DNA of 59,859 nucleotides, the filler included, from Squatina squatina (lineage: Eukaryota): NCBI GenBank assembly GCA_031763465.1. It is 4 parts of 4 records of this genome, joined end to end, with 100 filler letters (N's around TTAATTAATTAA, not from the genome) between each part and the next. Parts side by side here need not be neighbours in the genome. Positions count along the whole stretch, not along the records: positions 1 to 13,872 come from JARFOE010000058.1; positions 13,973 to 30,594 come from JARFOE010000189.1; 2 more parts are not named here. One strand, given 5' to 3'. The translations under genes were made by a program, and so were the position numbers. Below, piece by piece: positions 12,880 to 24,970 of this stretch. The first letter of the stretch is position 1; each line of letters opens with the position of its first letter. The notes beneath the pieces are model-generated. The model saw only the letters and a program-made list of their open reading frames with translations, searched no databases and was not told the origin of the DNA.

Positions 12880-13020
12880 CACCCAAATATTTGAACGTCC
12901 TTGCAGTTCTGCATTTACTCTGAATCCACCCAAATCCGAGTCCACCTCAAGTCTTGCTGACTTTGCTAATTCCACACTAGGTTCAAGACCCACTGCTGCA
13001 ACCACATGATCAGTCTTTAT
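12880..13020 (-). CDS. AIFM1: AIFM1 exon 12 equivalent
   Basis: 141-nt exon (TTTGCAG..GTGAGC) encoding [47 protein letters not shown]. Not in the ORF track. Confidence 0.95.
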
Positions 13021-13872
13021 CTGCAAACAGAAAAGCAGATCAACTCAGGCTAACTTAACTGGACATTTGGTTAACAAGGCTAAAATACTTGTTTAAATAT
13101 TGCACATTCACAGATTGCAAAATTTATGTTAACACTACTCACTGTTTGACCATCCTTGAGTTTCAGAATAACTTTCTGGTTCTTTAGGATACTGCATTTA
13201 CATTCTACGTATGATGTTGATCTTTAAACAGATATAATCTAATGAGGCACATTTTGTCCTTTGTGCTATTACTACACGTTCATTATTAAAGCAGTCAGAA
13301 TGAAACAGGAATTATTACTAACAGTCACAACTGAACAGTATCTTATAAATATATATCTTAAAAAGAAAAACTGATTCTACATAAAGTTAATTACATTCTT
13401 TTAAATGAAGATAGAACCTCTCTTGTTGGTCTGTACAAGTGTGATAATATCATGGTTTATCAGATTTCCAACTTGGCACTGTCGCCAAATTCATTGTTCT
13501 CATGACTTGCAAGAAACTGTCCCAAAAACAATTACAAATCACAAAAGAGTGTACAAGAAATGTGTGGTTTATAAGGTTAATGCATTGGACAAAGTTTGAA
13601 GAAAGCAATTTGACATTTGGTTTAGCTTGGAGCAATTTATTTGAATTTATATTCGCTTTTCTGCAGTTCACTTTACATTTCCTCTGACATTTCACCTGAC
13701 TGAGTCCCCATTAATTTGTAGTAGAATGGTTAGCAAGCTGGCTACAAAACAGGAAAGAGATCGCTGATCGCTGCTAGGTTGCTCACCCTTGGAGTCGAGA
13801 ATCTGAAGAACAATTTCAAAATTTGTGAATGACACTAATTAGTTGGGAGGGCGGGGTGGGGGGTATAGTTAA

Positions 13873-13972
13873 NNNNNNNNNNNNNNNNNNNNNNNNNNNN
13901 NNNNNNNNNNNNNNNNTTAATTAATTAANNNNNNNNNNNNNNNNNNNNNNNNNNNNNNNNNNNNNNNNNNNN
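13873..13972. other. Artificial concatenation linker (44 N + TTAATTAATTAA + 44 N)
   Basis: Palindromic all-frame-stop 12-mer centred in exactly 100 nt. It occurs three times with identical structure. Confidence 0.95.
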
Positions 13973-14655
13973 CGGATGGAATTGTATGCAATTCCTTATT
14001 TTTTTCCAATTAACATATTTCCTAACTTGTCGCTTTTTAAAAAGGAATGCCTGTAATCATACAGTGGTTTATTTGCTTTCAAACGCTTTACATTGCACTG
14101 TGAAAGTGGCTCCTGGTGGATGTTATGTGTTAAACACAATTAAACCAGGAGCTTCTTGAAGTTAAGCAGTGGCCAACTGTAACTTTATTGCCTAATATTG
14201 TTGGGTACCAAACCTGTCTTCACACACATGTGTAACTCTTCAACCTTGCTAGAAGATTCCTTATTAATTATCAAATTTGCAGATATTCATTTGCTCAGTC
14301 TTGCTTTAAACATAACGGGTTTGTTATTTGTCTTGAGTGGTCGGGCAAAGTAGTCTATGGCGAATCGGCAGTCCATTTTGCACTTGCCCGATTTTTGAGT
14401 GGCAACAGGCTGCCATTTCACCTCTGCCAGTTTTGCCTAACTCCCCAGCTAAATTTCACCTCCAATATATGGGTGATGAGAATCTTTTAAATTGTAACCC
14501 AATATTCTTAGTCAGTCATGTCTATTTCTTCTGAGTTGCGCTTTTAGGCCAGATTTTTTATCGATTATTTTCTGGGTTCAGTGTCCCACTTGCTCTTTTT
14601 CTATCTATCATTTGTTGATCGTCCTATTTTAATACGTGTTTCACTTTATCCGCAG

Positions 14656-15892
14656 TTGCTGGATGGCGTGGGAGCCGAGTCTTGGCGCGTTTTATGGGCC
14701 GGCGGCTTTCATTGTGCTAGTTAGTTGTGTCTATTTTCTGTGTACATTAGCACAGCTGAAGCGTCACCCAGGGAAGAAATATGAGCTAAAGGAGATAACA
14801 GAAGAGCAACAGCGATTGGCCAGCACAGAGGTAGACCCCAGTCATGTAACGGACTCCAGCTCTGTGTCACACACATGTTCAATGATCTCTTCCTCAATGT
14901 TGGAGAATGAACATTCATTTAAGGCTCAGCTTCGTGCTTCAGTGTTCACTCTGTTTCTGTTTATTGCTATGTGGACCTTTGGAGCTCTCGCAGTCTCACA
15001 AGGACATTTCCTGGATATGATCTTTAGCTGCCTGTACGGAGCGGTCTCAGTGACCCTAGGACTTTTTATTCTGGTTCATCACTGTGCAAAACGTGATGAT
15101 GTCTGGCATTGTTGGTGGTCCTGCTGCAAATCAAATAGNNNNNNNNNNNNNNNNNNNNNNNNNNNNNNNNNNNNNNNNNNNNNNNNNNNNNNNNNNNNNN
15201 TTCATGTCCCGTGCCTCCTGGATTCTCCCTGTCCTAGTAAGTCATCATCCAGCTGCAATCATTCTGTCTCTGGACTCTGTAAGTTAACTAATCTACAGGC
15301 TGTTCAGAATCATGTAAATTGCCTTTCACCAGTTACACCTTGTTGTGCCAAAATGCACAATGTACAAATTATTGATGACGATAGCCATATTCATCTACAT
15401 GCAGATGGTACATGTAGACCGACAATGCATATCCACAGATGCCAGAAAAGCCGAACTAAACCACGACATTTCATTCGGCACAGCAGGTCCGCAGCCCAGA
15501 GAGAATATGCCTATCATATTCCTTCCAGCATAGATGGAAGTGTTCACAGCTCGCATACAGAAAGTCATCACAGTATCCAGGATAACCCGTCCATCCAAAG
15601 GCAAGTTGTCTGTGCGAAGAGTGATCAGTGCGCTAATGTCTGCCAGCCTGAAAGCAGTGATGCCAGCACCGTACTCTATGGGTGTAATAAAGCTGTAGAC
15701 AGTGGTGTCAGTACAGAGGCTTTGCACCAAGGAGTCACTTTTGAGATGCAGTCACGGAGACAATCATGTCCACTAAGTGTAACCAACCAAAATGGAATAC
15801 TCAAGGGAAACCTGCATGAAGCCATGATTTATACTTCAGACAGTACAGGAAACATAAGGACTGGTCCTTGGAAAAATGAAACTACTGTGTAG
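14656..15892 (+). CDS. ADGRA1: Adhesion GPCR A1 (GPR123) terminal coding exon: TM5-TM7 and cytoplasmic tail
   Basis: CCGCAG acceptor, then [47 protein letters not shown] (PDZ-binding ETTV). The frame is kept across a 62-N gap. KNDC1 immediately downstream favours ADGRA1 over ADGRA2/3. Confidence 0.92.
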
Positions 15893-17235
15893 TTTTTGAG
15901 TTTCATGACTACAAATTTAAATCATTACAGTGACAAAAAGTTGTATATAAGTTTTGTATAATGCTTATGTGTTTGTTTACATCATTCATTGTGCAGATTT
16001 CAAGTTACATTTGCATATTTGTATGTATGCATATATATTTGTACAGCACATACAAAGCATCATAAGAACAGTATTATATTATGTATTTGTATTTCAAGCT
16101 ACAAAGGATGCATTTGTGTTACCACAATGTGGACATTGTTGAATAATTAGTCTGCAGGTATATCATAATTAAGTTGAAGCTTTGGATTATTTTTCTATCA
16201 ATGTAAGTGGTTTCTTCTAAGTAAACAGCCAAAAATTAAAGTAAGCATACTGTTCTATTAAAGAGACAGTAGCCCTTTGGATGGCTAGCACAAGTAGCAT
16301 CTTAATGTTTGTTAAAGTTCCCCTGATCATCAGTAAAAACAATATTATGTGCAATTTCTTCAGAGGATAAATTTATCATTTGTAATTATTTTTGAGATTG
16401 CTAGCAATTCATTGCAATTTATCATCAGATTAATAAATTTTTGAAAGAATCCTGCATAATGTAAGNNNNNNNNNNNNNNNNNNNNNNNNCGTAAACTTAT
16501 TCAATATAGACGAGTTCTGGTTTACTACACAGAGCATGCAAAAGAAATCTTTCCCACAATGTCGAGTGAAAAAGGGTATTGGCTCTTTAACTTTGAAGGA
16601 AGAAATTGTGTATTAAGTCTATATTTAGGCATACAGTACATGCTGCTGTAACGTGCATGATTTTTGTTGACCCATCAATACATCTGCTGTTATATGTAAA
16701 AACTAATCATTTTGGTAATGTAAAGACCAAAAGCATCTTATCCTTTTTTAATCCATGCAAATGAAACTGTAATGCAAAAACACAGTCATTGAACTACTTC
16801 ACTAGTTAAAGTGCCACAGCACATATGTAAGGTTAACGCTATAACTGTGCTAGAGATGACAGTTTTCAGTTGTCTGTACAGAGCATGCAGTGCCTGTTGT
16901 ATGTTACAATGTACACTGTATAATGAATTGTTGTTTCCAGTAAATGCAGATATCACCATGTCTATTAGTAAAAAAAGAAGCAAAAAAAATCTTCAAACCC
17001 AGTTTGTCATCTATTTTAACGAAACTGCTTTTAAAAATTTGCTCAGTTACCTTCATTATAACATGTGAAATTGGGTAAAATCATTTACATTTGATTCATC
17101 TAGTTTCTCAGCTAAGGGAATGCATCTAACAGCAATGTAATATGCATAGTTCTACAGTAACTGCATTTCATCATAGCAAATCACGGTTTCTGCCAGCACA
17201 GGTTAAATTGGTTTGACTCACTCAAAGGTATTTGG

Positions 17236-17389
17236 AGATATGGTAGCACTGTAGTTGCTTTGCTGGACTAGTAATCCAGAGAAAGTGAGTTCAAATCTCA
17301 CCCGGGCAGTTTGAGAATTTGAATTCAGTTTTTCTTTTAAATCTGGAAATAGAAAGCAGTTGTCAGTAAAAGTGGCCATGAAGCTGTCC
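17236..17389 (+). mobile_element. tRNA-derived SINE, 5' part
   Basis: A-box-like TGGTAGCACTGTAG and B-box GAGTTCAAATC, followed by the body ..AATCTGGAAATAGAAAGC..GGCCATGAAGCTGTC. No tRNA cloverleaf. Confidence 0.6.
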
Positions 17390-18363
17390 CAAAAAGGGCA
17401 ACCAGGGAATGAATTTTTTTGTAGTTTACCAAAAACGATAAATTGCTTTCTGTTTAAAAACAAGGTTGACGTGAGGTTGTAACTGTTAAGTCACAATGCA
17501 ACTAAACGTGTTAAATTCTGCCCATAAAGTTATTTTTCTACTTATTCTTTTCAATGGCTCATTGTCATGAGAAAAAGTTCAGGAAACTTTATGCCAGAGA
17601 AGGTATCACTCATTCTGAGCAGGGTGCTATCCAAATGATTGAACCCCAGGAACACTGTCCCTTTAAGACCCACACACCGGCTGCTGACATGTGGTCTCTC
17701 CCCCGGTGCTCACTACGTGTACAAGGACTCATTCTGGTTTCACACCTCAGTGTTTCTTCTGCCTATCAGCACTACTTGTTGTGTGGCATACCAAGAAAAG
17801 ATTCTTTCATACTTAGTTTGCATTTTAAGTAGCAAAGTTTTTCCATTGTAAGTTTTTTTCCACTCCCACGGTTCTATAGTTGTCTCAGGTTCTATTTTCA
17901 GATTAAGTTTTCTTTTGTTTAGTACAATGAAAAATATAACTGTCAATAATTCCTAACTTGGATATGAACCCTTACTATTCAAAAACTCTTATCCAAATCC
18001 ATGGTTTTTGTGCTGTACTCTCTGCTTGCACTTAATGTGCCCCATATTCTGATGGATCCATCTTCTTTTTGACATTTGTGCAGTGCTTTCTTTCTCTTCT
18101 GTACCTTGTGGAATATGAGACAACCCATTTCTTCCACTGCTTTTACAGCTAGCAGATTGTGCTCTGGCTTGTTTCCATAATGAAGTCCCTTTATACATTG
18201 ACAGGTCGTTAGCCTGACTCTCCACTCTCTATGAGGACTATCGGCTAGATGTGATTCGAGGGTGGTGTCACCACTCCACTCCTATCAGATGCAAGTGTCT
18301 CACCGGATGTCAATCCAATATTAAGCGGCCAGAGCTCTGATCTCCTGTTTGAAGGGGCTCTGA

Positions 18364-18486
18364 GGTCTGGCCTATATGTGACTCCACTCCACCCTATGTG
18401 GTTGACTCTTGAGGCCCTGAGGGCAACTAGGAATGGGCAATAAATGCTGCCTTGTCAGAGTTGCTGACATTCCAAGAATGAAAAAA
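18364..18486 (+). mobile_element. SINE 3' part with LINE-derived tail
   Basis: GGTCTGGCCTATATGTGACTCC..GGTTGACTCTT..GGGCAACTAGGAATGGGCAATAAATGCTG. The tail matches the LINE end at 42127-42190. Confidence 0.65.
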
Positions 18487-20746
18487 AGCAAACTCCTTTT
18501 CTGTAGTGAGTTACCAGATCTCAACTGGGGTGGTGGGGGAGGGGTGCTGGGAAAGGGAAGCACAATTCAGCGTGCTGCACTTGGCCCCAGTGGCCTGGAT
18601 TAGGGAGGGGGTAGGGCGGGAAGGAAATGCATCAGAATTCCTTTTCCTGACCACTATACAGGAGTGGAGTCACATATGGGCCAGACCATGAACCTTCTGG
18701 TGTGCATATGTAGAGGGTGATATCTTTACAATGTAAACCACTGGTGAAAAGGTAATAATATTTTTTCTAAAGCATGCTGAGATCTTGTAGATAGATACAA
18801 GACAAACTGAGCATTAGCCCACGAAATAGCCATCACAGAGGGGAATGTGCCTTTGCCTGGAATTTTCCAACTAACAGCGAATACTCTCAAGATCAACTGC
18901 CAGGTAATGTTTGATCGCAGATTTATTCTGTCATACGTTGCTCAAAAAGGAATTTACTGAATATTCTAATTTTAAACAGCTGCCTAAACCGGCAGGTGGC
19001 CTTGTCTCTATTCACATAGAAACTTCAAACCTCTACTAGGGGCCACAAAGTGAAGTTTTTTTTGATTGATGCCGGTTGAGGGATANNNNNNNNNNNNNNN
19101 NNNNNNNNNNNNNNNNNNNNNNNNNNNNNNNNNNNNNNNNNNNNNNNNNNNNNNNNNNNNNNNNNNNNNNNNNNNNNNNNNNNNNATGTCACCAGCGGAA
19201 CTTCAGTAAAATCGCAGCTCATATATTCAAATTTCTGTTTGACTCAATAAATGGCCCATAGAGCATAACAAACGACTCAAAAAAGTTAACAAAATGCTTG
19301 CTGGATATTAAGTATGTGTATATCACAGTGGAGAATGTATTGTAAGTTTATAAATTTGATCAGTCCCATACTTCAAGGCTATAGGAAGGGAAAAATACTT
19401 GCTGTTCTAATTTTCTAGAAAACAAATTCAAATATTGCTTGAATCCAAAGCCAATAATGGTGCAAGGGTTGGTTCGCAATGCAGCCACGTTTAGTTACCC
19501 CAGACAAAACATCAGTTCCAACTTTAAATCAAGGTCACCATTAAACAGTCTTGCATTTCTTTGTACTTCGTTTGGTTCCTATCAATCATCTCAGAATAAG
19601 AATGCAGGCCCCATTCTTTCTGAAAATGGAATTTAACGTGGCCAATAACACTCAGTTGCGATAAAACCGCCACGGATTTCCACGCCTAGCAGATTCATTA
19701 AAATATCTTGGAAGGGCAGAAATAGAGAAACTACCACGAAAGGGGCAGATGCAATTACACTGCAATCTGAGGCGTAGGGCATTTTGTATATCACATAAAA
19801 AATTCAATTTGTTATCTGAGATGCTTCTTCATTTATTGGCCTTTTTGTAGATGGTTTCTCTACCTAGCAGACAAAATAAATTGATTGATTAGTGATAAAC
19901 TGCATAGCTAGCCACAAATGTAACCATTCTTGACATATATTTCCAGTGACTGATGTATTGTAGCTCAGGCACACTTACTTTTACAACTTTGCTGACATTT
20001 ACAAAACACTTTAGGTACTGTGCAAATAATTATAGCTTGGGAAGAAAATAAATTATATGGATAGAAAGCTCACCCAAAGCAGAATGTTGATTTTGTGCTG
20101 CAGGTAGCACAGTTTGTAAAGGGTTCTCTTCCACAAACTGAATAATAATCAAAACCAGATTGCAAACAGTGCCATCTATAGACCTTGCAATTCTATGCAG
20201 TTTCTGTTGCGTGTTACTGAGTTGAATTACATACAATAGCAACTAGTCTTTAAAAAAATCCCATTTTTGACATAATTATCACTTTTACAAAGCCTGGTTT
20301 ATATAGAATATGCAAAGGACTCGACAGTATATTCATGTATTATGTATCTGCCAATTTAAAAATATTGTGCCTACTCACACATGTCTNNNNNNNNNNNNNN
20401 NNNNNNNNNNNNNNNNNNNNNNNNNNNNNNNNNNNNNNNNNNNNNNNNNNNNNNNNNNNNNNNNNNNNNNNNNNNNNNNNNNNNNNTAGAATGATTGTTG
20501 CTTGGAATTAAATTATTTTATATGGTGCATATCAATAATGGTGACTCTTAAAGTATAATTAAATATTTTCTAAACTAAACGTTTAATCTGACTGTTCAGC
20601 TTATGCCCCTTTTAATTATCTACAGAGAAGCTACGGAGAGTCACCAATGTTGATAGACTGTGCCTGTACACAAATAAAATTCTGAAAAATATAACCTGTT
20701 TCACATACTGCCAGTTTCTTACTTAATTTATGTATTTATTTGGCAG

Positions 20747-20945
20747 GAGAATGTGTCTCTTGCTGACATCCTGTCGTTACGAGATAGCTGCCTCAGTGAG
20801 CAGGATATCTGGGCAGCGTGCCTAGAATGTTGCCTTTCAATGAAGAGCATCTCCCACACGCCACTCTTTCATACTCTCTGTATCACCCCGGATACATTGG
20901 CTTTCAATGCAAATGGGAATGTTTGCTTCATGGAGCAGCTGAGTG
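20747..20945 (+). CDS. KNDC1: KNDC1 (v-KIND) exon, start of KIND1 domain
   Basis: 199-nt AG..GTAAG exon encoding ENVSLADILSLRDSCLSEQDIWAACLECCLSMK..LCITPDTLAFNANGNVCFMEQLS, close to human KNDC1. Confidence 0.95.
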
Positions 20946-21649
20946 GTAAGTACTACGTGCTCTTCACAAACTTTTCTTACCCATATAGCAAGGGCTTCAG
21001 TGGGCAAAACATAATGCAATGTATCTCTTCTACAACCAATATTTCCTTTCTTTAAACTTAGTATTGATTATTTTCCCTTTTTAATAAAAACAAATACCTT
21101 TATAGACATATTTGGTAGGAAAAATTTAAATTCTGGTTATCAACCATTTACATTTTCAGTTCTCCAAAAGGCTCTCTTTAACATGAAAGACGAGGAGATA
21201 ATAAACCTTTGGAATTCTTGACAAAAGAAAGACCAGGTGGAAGCATTTGAATTAAATGATTTTTATTTGCACATCGGACCTGAACCACCCCTGAAATGAT
21301 TGGCAGTGAGAGAACTTAGAAGTAGCAATGTAATAAAATCTATAAGTCAAAAATGGTAACTCGAAACAAGACTGATGTTCATGGCTTCATTGCATTTCCC
21401 TTCCAACCTCGCTCTTATCTAAATCATTAGCAGTAGATGTACAGCATTTTACTAATGGAGCCAGTAATTTTGGATAGCTGTTGACTAAGTGAATGTACAT
21501 CTGTGAACTATGTTAATTTTTAAGTTTTGAATTAAAAACATATTAGTCTCTTCTCATATCATAATCTTTACAGCTGAGATGTCTAAGCCTGTGGCCCATG
21601 CAGTTCAGCAGTTATGTTTTGTACTCACTGGTGTATTAGGTTTGAATTT

Positions 21650-21781
21650 GGAGAAAAGCTGATTTTGAGGGGCTGAGAATAGAACTTGGGGAAAATAAAA
21701 TGGGCAACAATATTGGCAAACAACAATGTAGAACAGCAATGGGAAACATTTAAAACGGTGTTCAACAGAGTGCAGGAACAA
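21650..21781 (+). mobile_element. CR1 ORF2 fragment
   Basis: WRKADFEGLRIELGKIKWATIL..VEQQWETFK, the typical CR1 post-endonuclease region. Confidence 0.65.
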
Positions 21782-22194
21782 NNNNNNNNNNNNNNNNNNN
21801 NNNNNNNNNNNNNNNNNNNNNNNNNNNNNNNNNNNNNNNNNNNNNNNNNNNNNNNNNNNNNNNNNNNNNNNNNNNNNNNNNAGTCATAGAATTTTCCAAC
21901 CCAGAAATAGACAATTAAGTCTGCATCGACAAGGCACCAAATCTAATCAAGTCTTGTACTTGCTTCCTGTGTGAATTGCCCAAGGCTTCTCTCTACTCCG
22001 GTAAGAGGATGGCACCCTCAGGAAATGGAGGGAGAAAAAGGAAAGACATTTGCAAGAAAAAGGGGAGAGAAAAAATAATTTCAAGGCCTTTCAATGTATA
22101 TGCATTAAGTAATCAAAGTTATTCAATGCTACCATGAAACCATATTGCTGCATTGTCTAATTTGTGATTCATTTTCCTTATTACTTCTTTACAG

Positions 22195-22253
22195 ATGATC
22201 CAGAAGGTGCCTTTGTTCCCCCTGAATTTGACATTACTGGCAATACCTTTGAG
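22195..22253 (+). CDS. KNDC1: KNDC1 exon (KIND1)
   Basis: 59-nt exon encoding (D)DPEGAFVPPEFDITGNTFE. Phases 1/0 fit both neighbours. Confidence 0.95.
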
Positions 22254-23002
22254 GTGGGTGGAAATAGCTTCTGAACATAATGCAGGCAGAAAATATTTTT
22301 CCTACTGTTTTACTGAGTGTTTTTCCCATGAACAGCATTGAAAATTCAATGAAAATGTCCCAATGCATAGGAAACCATTCACTGAAGTGTCTGCTATGAT
22401 TAGATCAATTTCAGAGTGCTTGTTAAGAATAGCTATTAATTAAGGCCACTTATTTGAAACTGAAATAGGCCAAAAAGCTTTTCAGTGTATAAAGTGCTAT
22501 GAGAGCTTCTCTCCTTGCCAAAAAATCAGTTTATTTTAATCCAGTGCAGATCTGCTGTAGCTTGCGAGCCTGGANNNNNNNNNNNNNNNNNNNNNNNNNN
22601 NNNNNNNNNNNNNNNNNNNNNNNNNNNNNNNNNNNNNNNNNNNNNNNNNNNNNNNNNNNNNNNNNNNNNNNNNNAAATAATATAGCATTTAAGTGAGTTG
22701 TGCTCTTTTTCAAGAAAACACGTAATTTTTGGTTTCTGTAAGATGATGATCAGATCAAATGCTACTCAATTTCTAATGAAATGACTTTTTAAATTTTTGT
22801 TACTGTACTTCAGTAAAACATTTTGTTCAGCAGTGAATGTAACATTAACCTGAAACAATGTCATTTATTTTTGCTGATAAAACAGCTTGGAATGTTGTAA
22901 GTGTTACATTAAAGCTGGGGGAAATAGTGTATATATTTCAACGGACCAGAATATTCAACAGATACTGTAACTTTTCTATACATGTTTTGTCACTCTTTTC
23001 AG

Positions 23003-23149
23003 GCTCATGTCTATTCTTTGGGGGCTACACTAGCTGCTGCAGCTGAATATGTAATCGAGCCAGAGTTAGAACCAAACCTCAGCCAAGAATTAAGAAGCCT
23101 TCTCGATCAAATGCAGCAGGAAAAACCGGAAGACAGGCCAGATATTGAG
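23003..23149 (+). CDS. KNDC1: KNDC1 exon (KIND1)
   Basis: 147-nt exon encoding AHVYSLGATLAAAAEYVIEPELEPNLSQELRSLLDQMQQEKPEDRPDIE. Confidence 0.95.
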
Positions 23150-23379
23150 GTACAAATGTGGGATTGGTGGTGGAATTTATGCACGGCCTTTTTTTAAAAA
23201 CATACATGTAAACAAATAGAATAATAACGAGTTTTTTTATATATAATGGACCTGAAATTGCNNNNNNNNNNNNNNNNNNNNNNNNNNNNNNNNNNNNNNN
23301 NNNNNNNNNNNNNNNNNNNNNNNNNNNNNNNNNNNNNNNNNNNNNNNNNNNNNNNNNNNNNATCTGTTTTTATTATGTT

Positions 23380-24031
23380 GAAAGGAGGAAGATCGAGTTA
23401 ACGAGTCTTATGATCCTTTGCAGAACTGGACGATGTTACCAGTGAAGGATTGTGTGGGGCCCTGGACAGTGAGGAGGTGAAAGGCAGAGGTTCCATTCCC
23501 TGCATTTGTGTGGGAAGGTGCTGGAGAAAGGAGAGCAGGTGTTGGAGAAGTACATCAGGGTGTCAAGGAGCGAATACTCCCTTCAAAACACTAGGAGTGG
23601 AGGAGAAGATATGTTTGATGGTGGGATTGCATTGGAGGTGGTGGAAATAGTGGTGGATGATCCGTCAAATACGGAGGCTGTTGGGATGGCAGATGACAAC
23701 ATTATTATTGTTCTGGGAGGACGGAAGGGCGGGAAATGGGACCGATGCTGTCAAGGGCTCTGTCTAGCACTGGGGGGAAATCATCGGCTGAGGATCCAGT
23801 GAGGAAGGTGCCTAGTCACAGTGATGGCAACAGAGAAATGGGAATGGAGCCCTTTACAGGAAGTTGGGTTGAAAGAAGTATAATCCAGGAATCAGTGGAT
23901 TTGTAGTAGATATCAATGAACCATCTATCCCCAAAGATGGAATTGGAAAAGTTGATGAAGGGAAGAGTCAGAGACTACATAAAGGTAAGGAAGGGGTGCA
24001 AATTAGTATCAAAGTTAATGAGATTTTGCAG
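23380..24031 (-). mobile_element. Penelope-like element fragment (degenerate)
   Basis: Collinear similarity to the copy at 40373-40975, for example GGGGCCCTGGACAGTG..GGAGGTGAAAGG and ..TAGTAGAT..TCTATC.CC..AGATGG. Confidence 0.65.
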
Positions 24032-24970
24032 CAAGGCTCGGAAGACATGAGTTCAGCAGAAACATGTGAGGGAAAGGAGGAGGTGCTGGCCATGGATCCT
24101 GCAGAGACAGTTGCTGATGTGAAAACCAAAGGAGATGAGGCTGACAGGATTTTAGCTCTTCCTCAGAAACGGTCACCAGCTAGGAAGAGAATATTGCCAA
24201 AACTACCAACCGAATTGGTCGACAATGCCCAGTACCTTTATCGTTCTAAAATGGAGCTTGGCAGATCTGTCCAATCCACACCATTGCCAGCTTCAATTTC
24301 TGACGTTGCCGTGGATTCTTTGTCTTCACTGGACTCTGCCAACAACATATTGAATGTAACAGACTGTCCTCAGAAGGTACTGTTTAGAACTAAGAATGAT
24401 GTTTCTTTTATTCAAAAGAATAGTCTTCCTTCAGAAAGGTTAAATGTGAACAATTCAAGTGACTGTGTACAGAATGTCTCCTGTATAGATGTGGCAAATA
24501 AAAACTTGCCCAACAGTCGTAACTCCACATCTGGTGAGAGCGTAGAACGGTCAATAAAATCTCCCTCCACATCAGGGAAAAAGTCTTCCGCTAAAAAGCT
24601 CAAAGCTAAAGTCTCAGCAATACCAGTTACTTCAGCAGATATGAATAGCCAAATGGATTCTCTTGCTTCCAGTGGAATATTATTAAAAACAAGTGCTGCA
24701 GTTGGACACTGCAGTGACAAAGCTCCAGGAGCAGAAGGAAATGATTTGCCTTGCACAGATAGTAATATTTCAGACGCAGGAAGAACTGCTGGTAGTAATC
24801 AGAGAAATGATTCCAAACAAAACCATTCCAAAAGTGTAAATGACTTATCCACAAGTAATGCACTGCTGTTTAGAGGTGTTGCACAACACTGTCAAGTTGA
24901 TGATTGTGAGCCAATGCCTCCCATCCGAGCTGCTGAAAATAACCCTGCAGAATTTCCTTGTGACAGACAG
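24032..24970 (+). CDS. KNDC1: KNDC1 large inter-KIND exon (5' boundary uncertain)
   Basis: About 940-nt Ser-rich open frame between the KIND1 and KIND2 exons, ending CAG/GTATGT in phase 0. The only nearby acceptors are at 24030-24031 and 24034-24035. Confidence 0.75.

Noticed and set aside
13917-13928. TTAATTAATTAA palindrome recurring three times (possible recombination or piggyBac TTAA site)
   Set aside because: Always centred in exactly 44+44 N. It is a synthetic all-frame-stop spacer, not biology.
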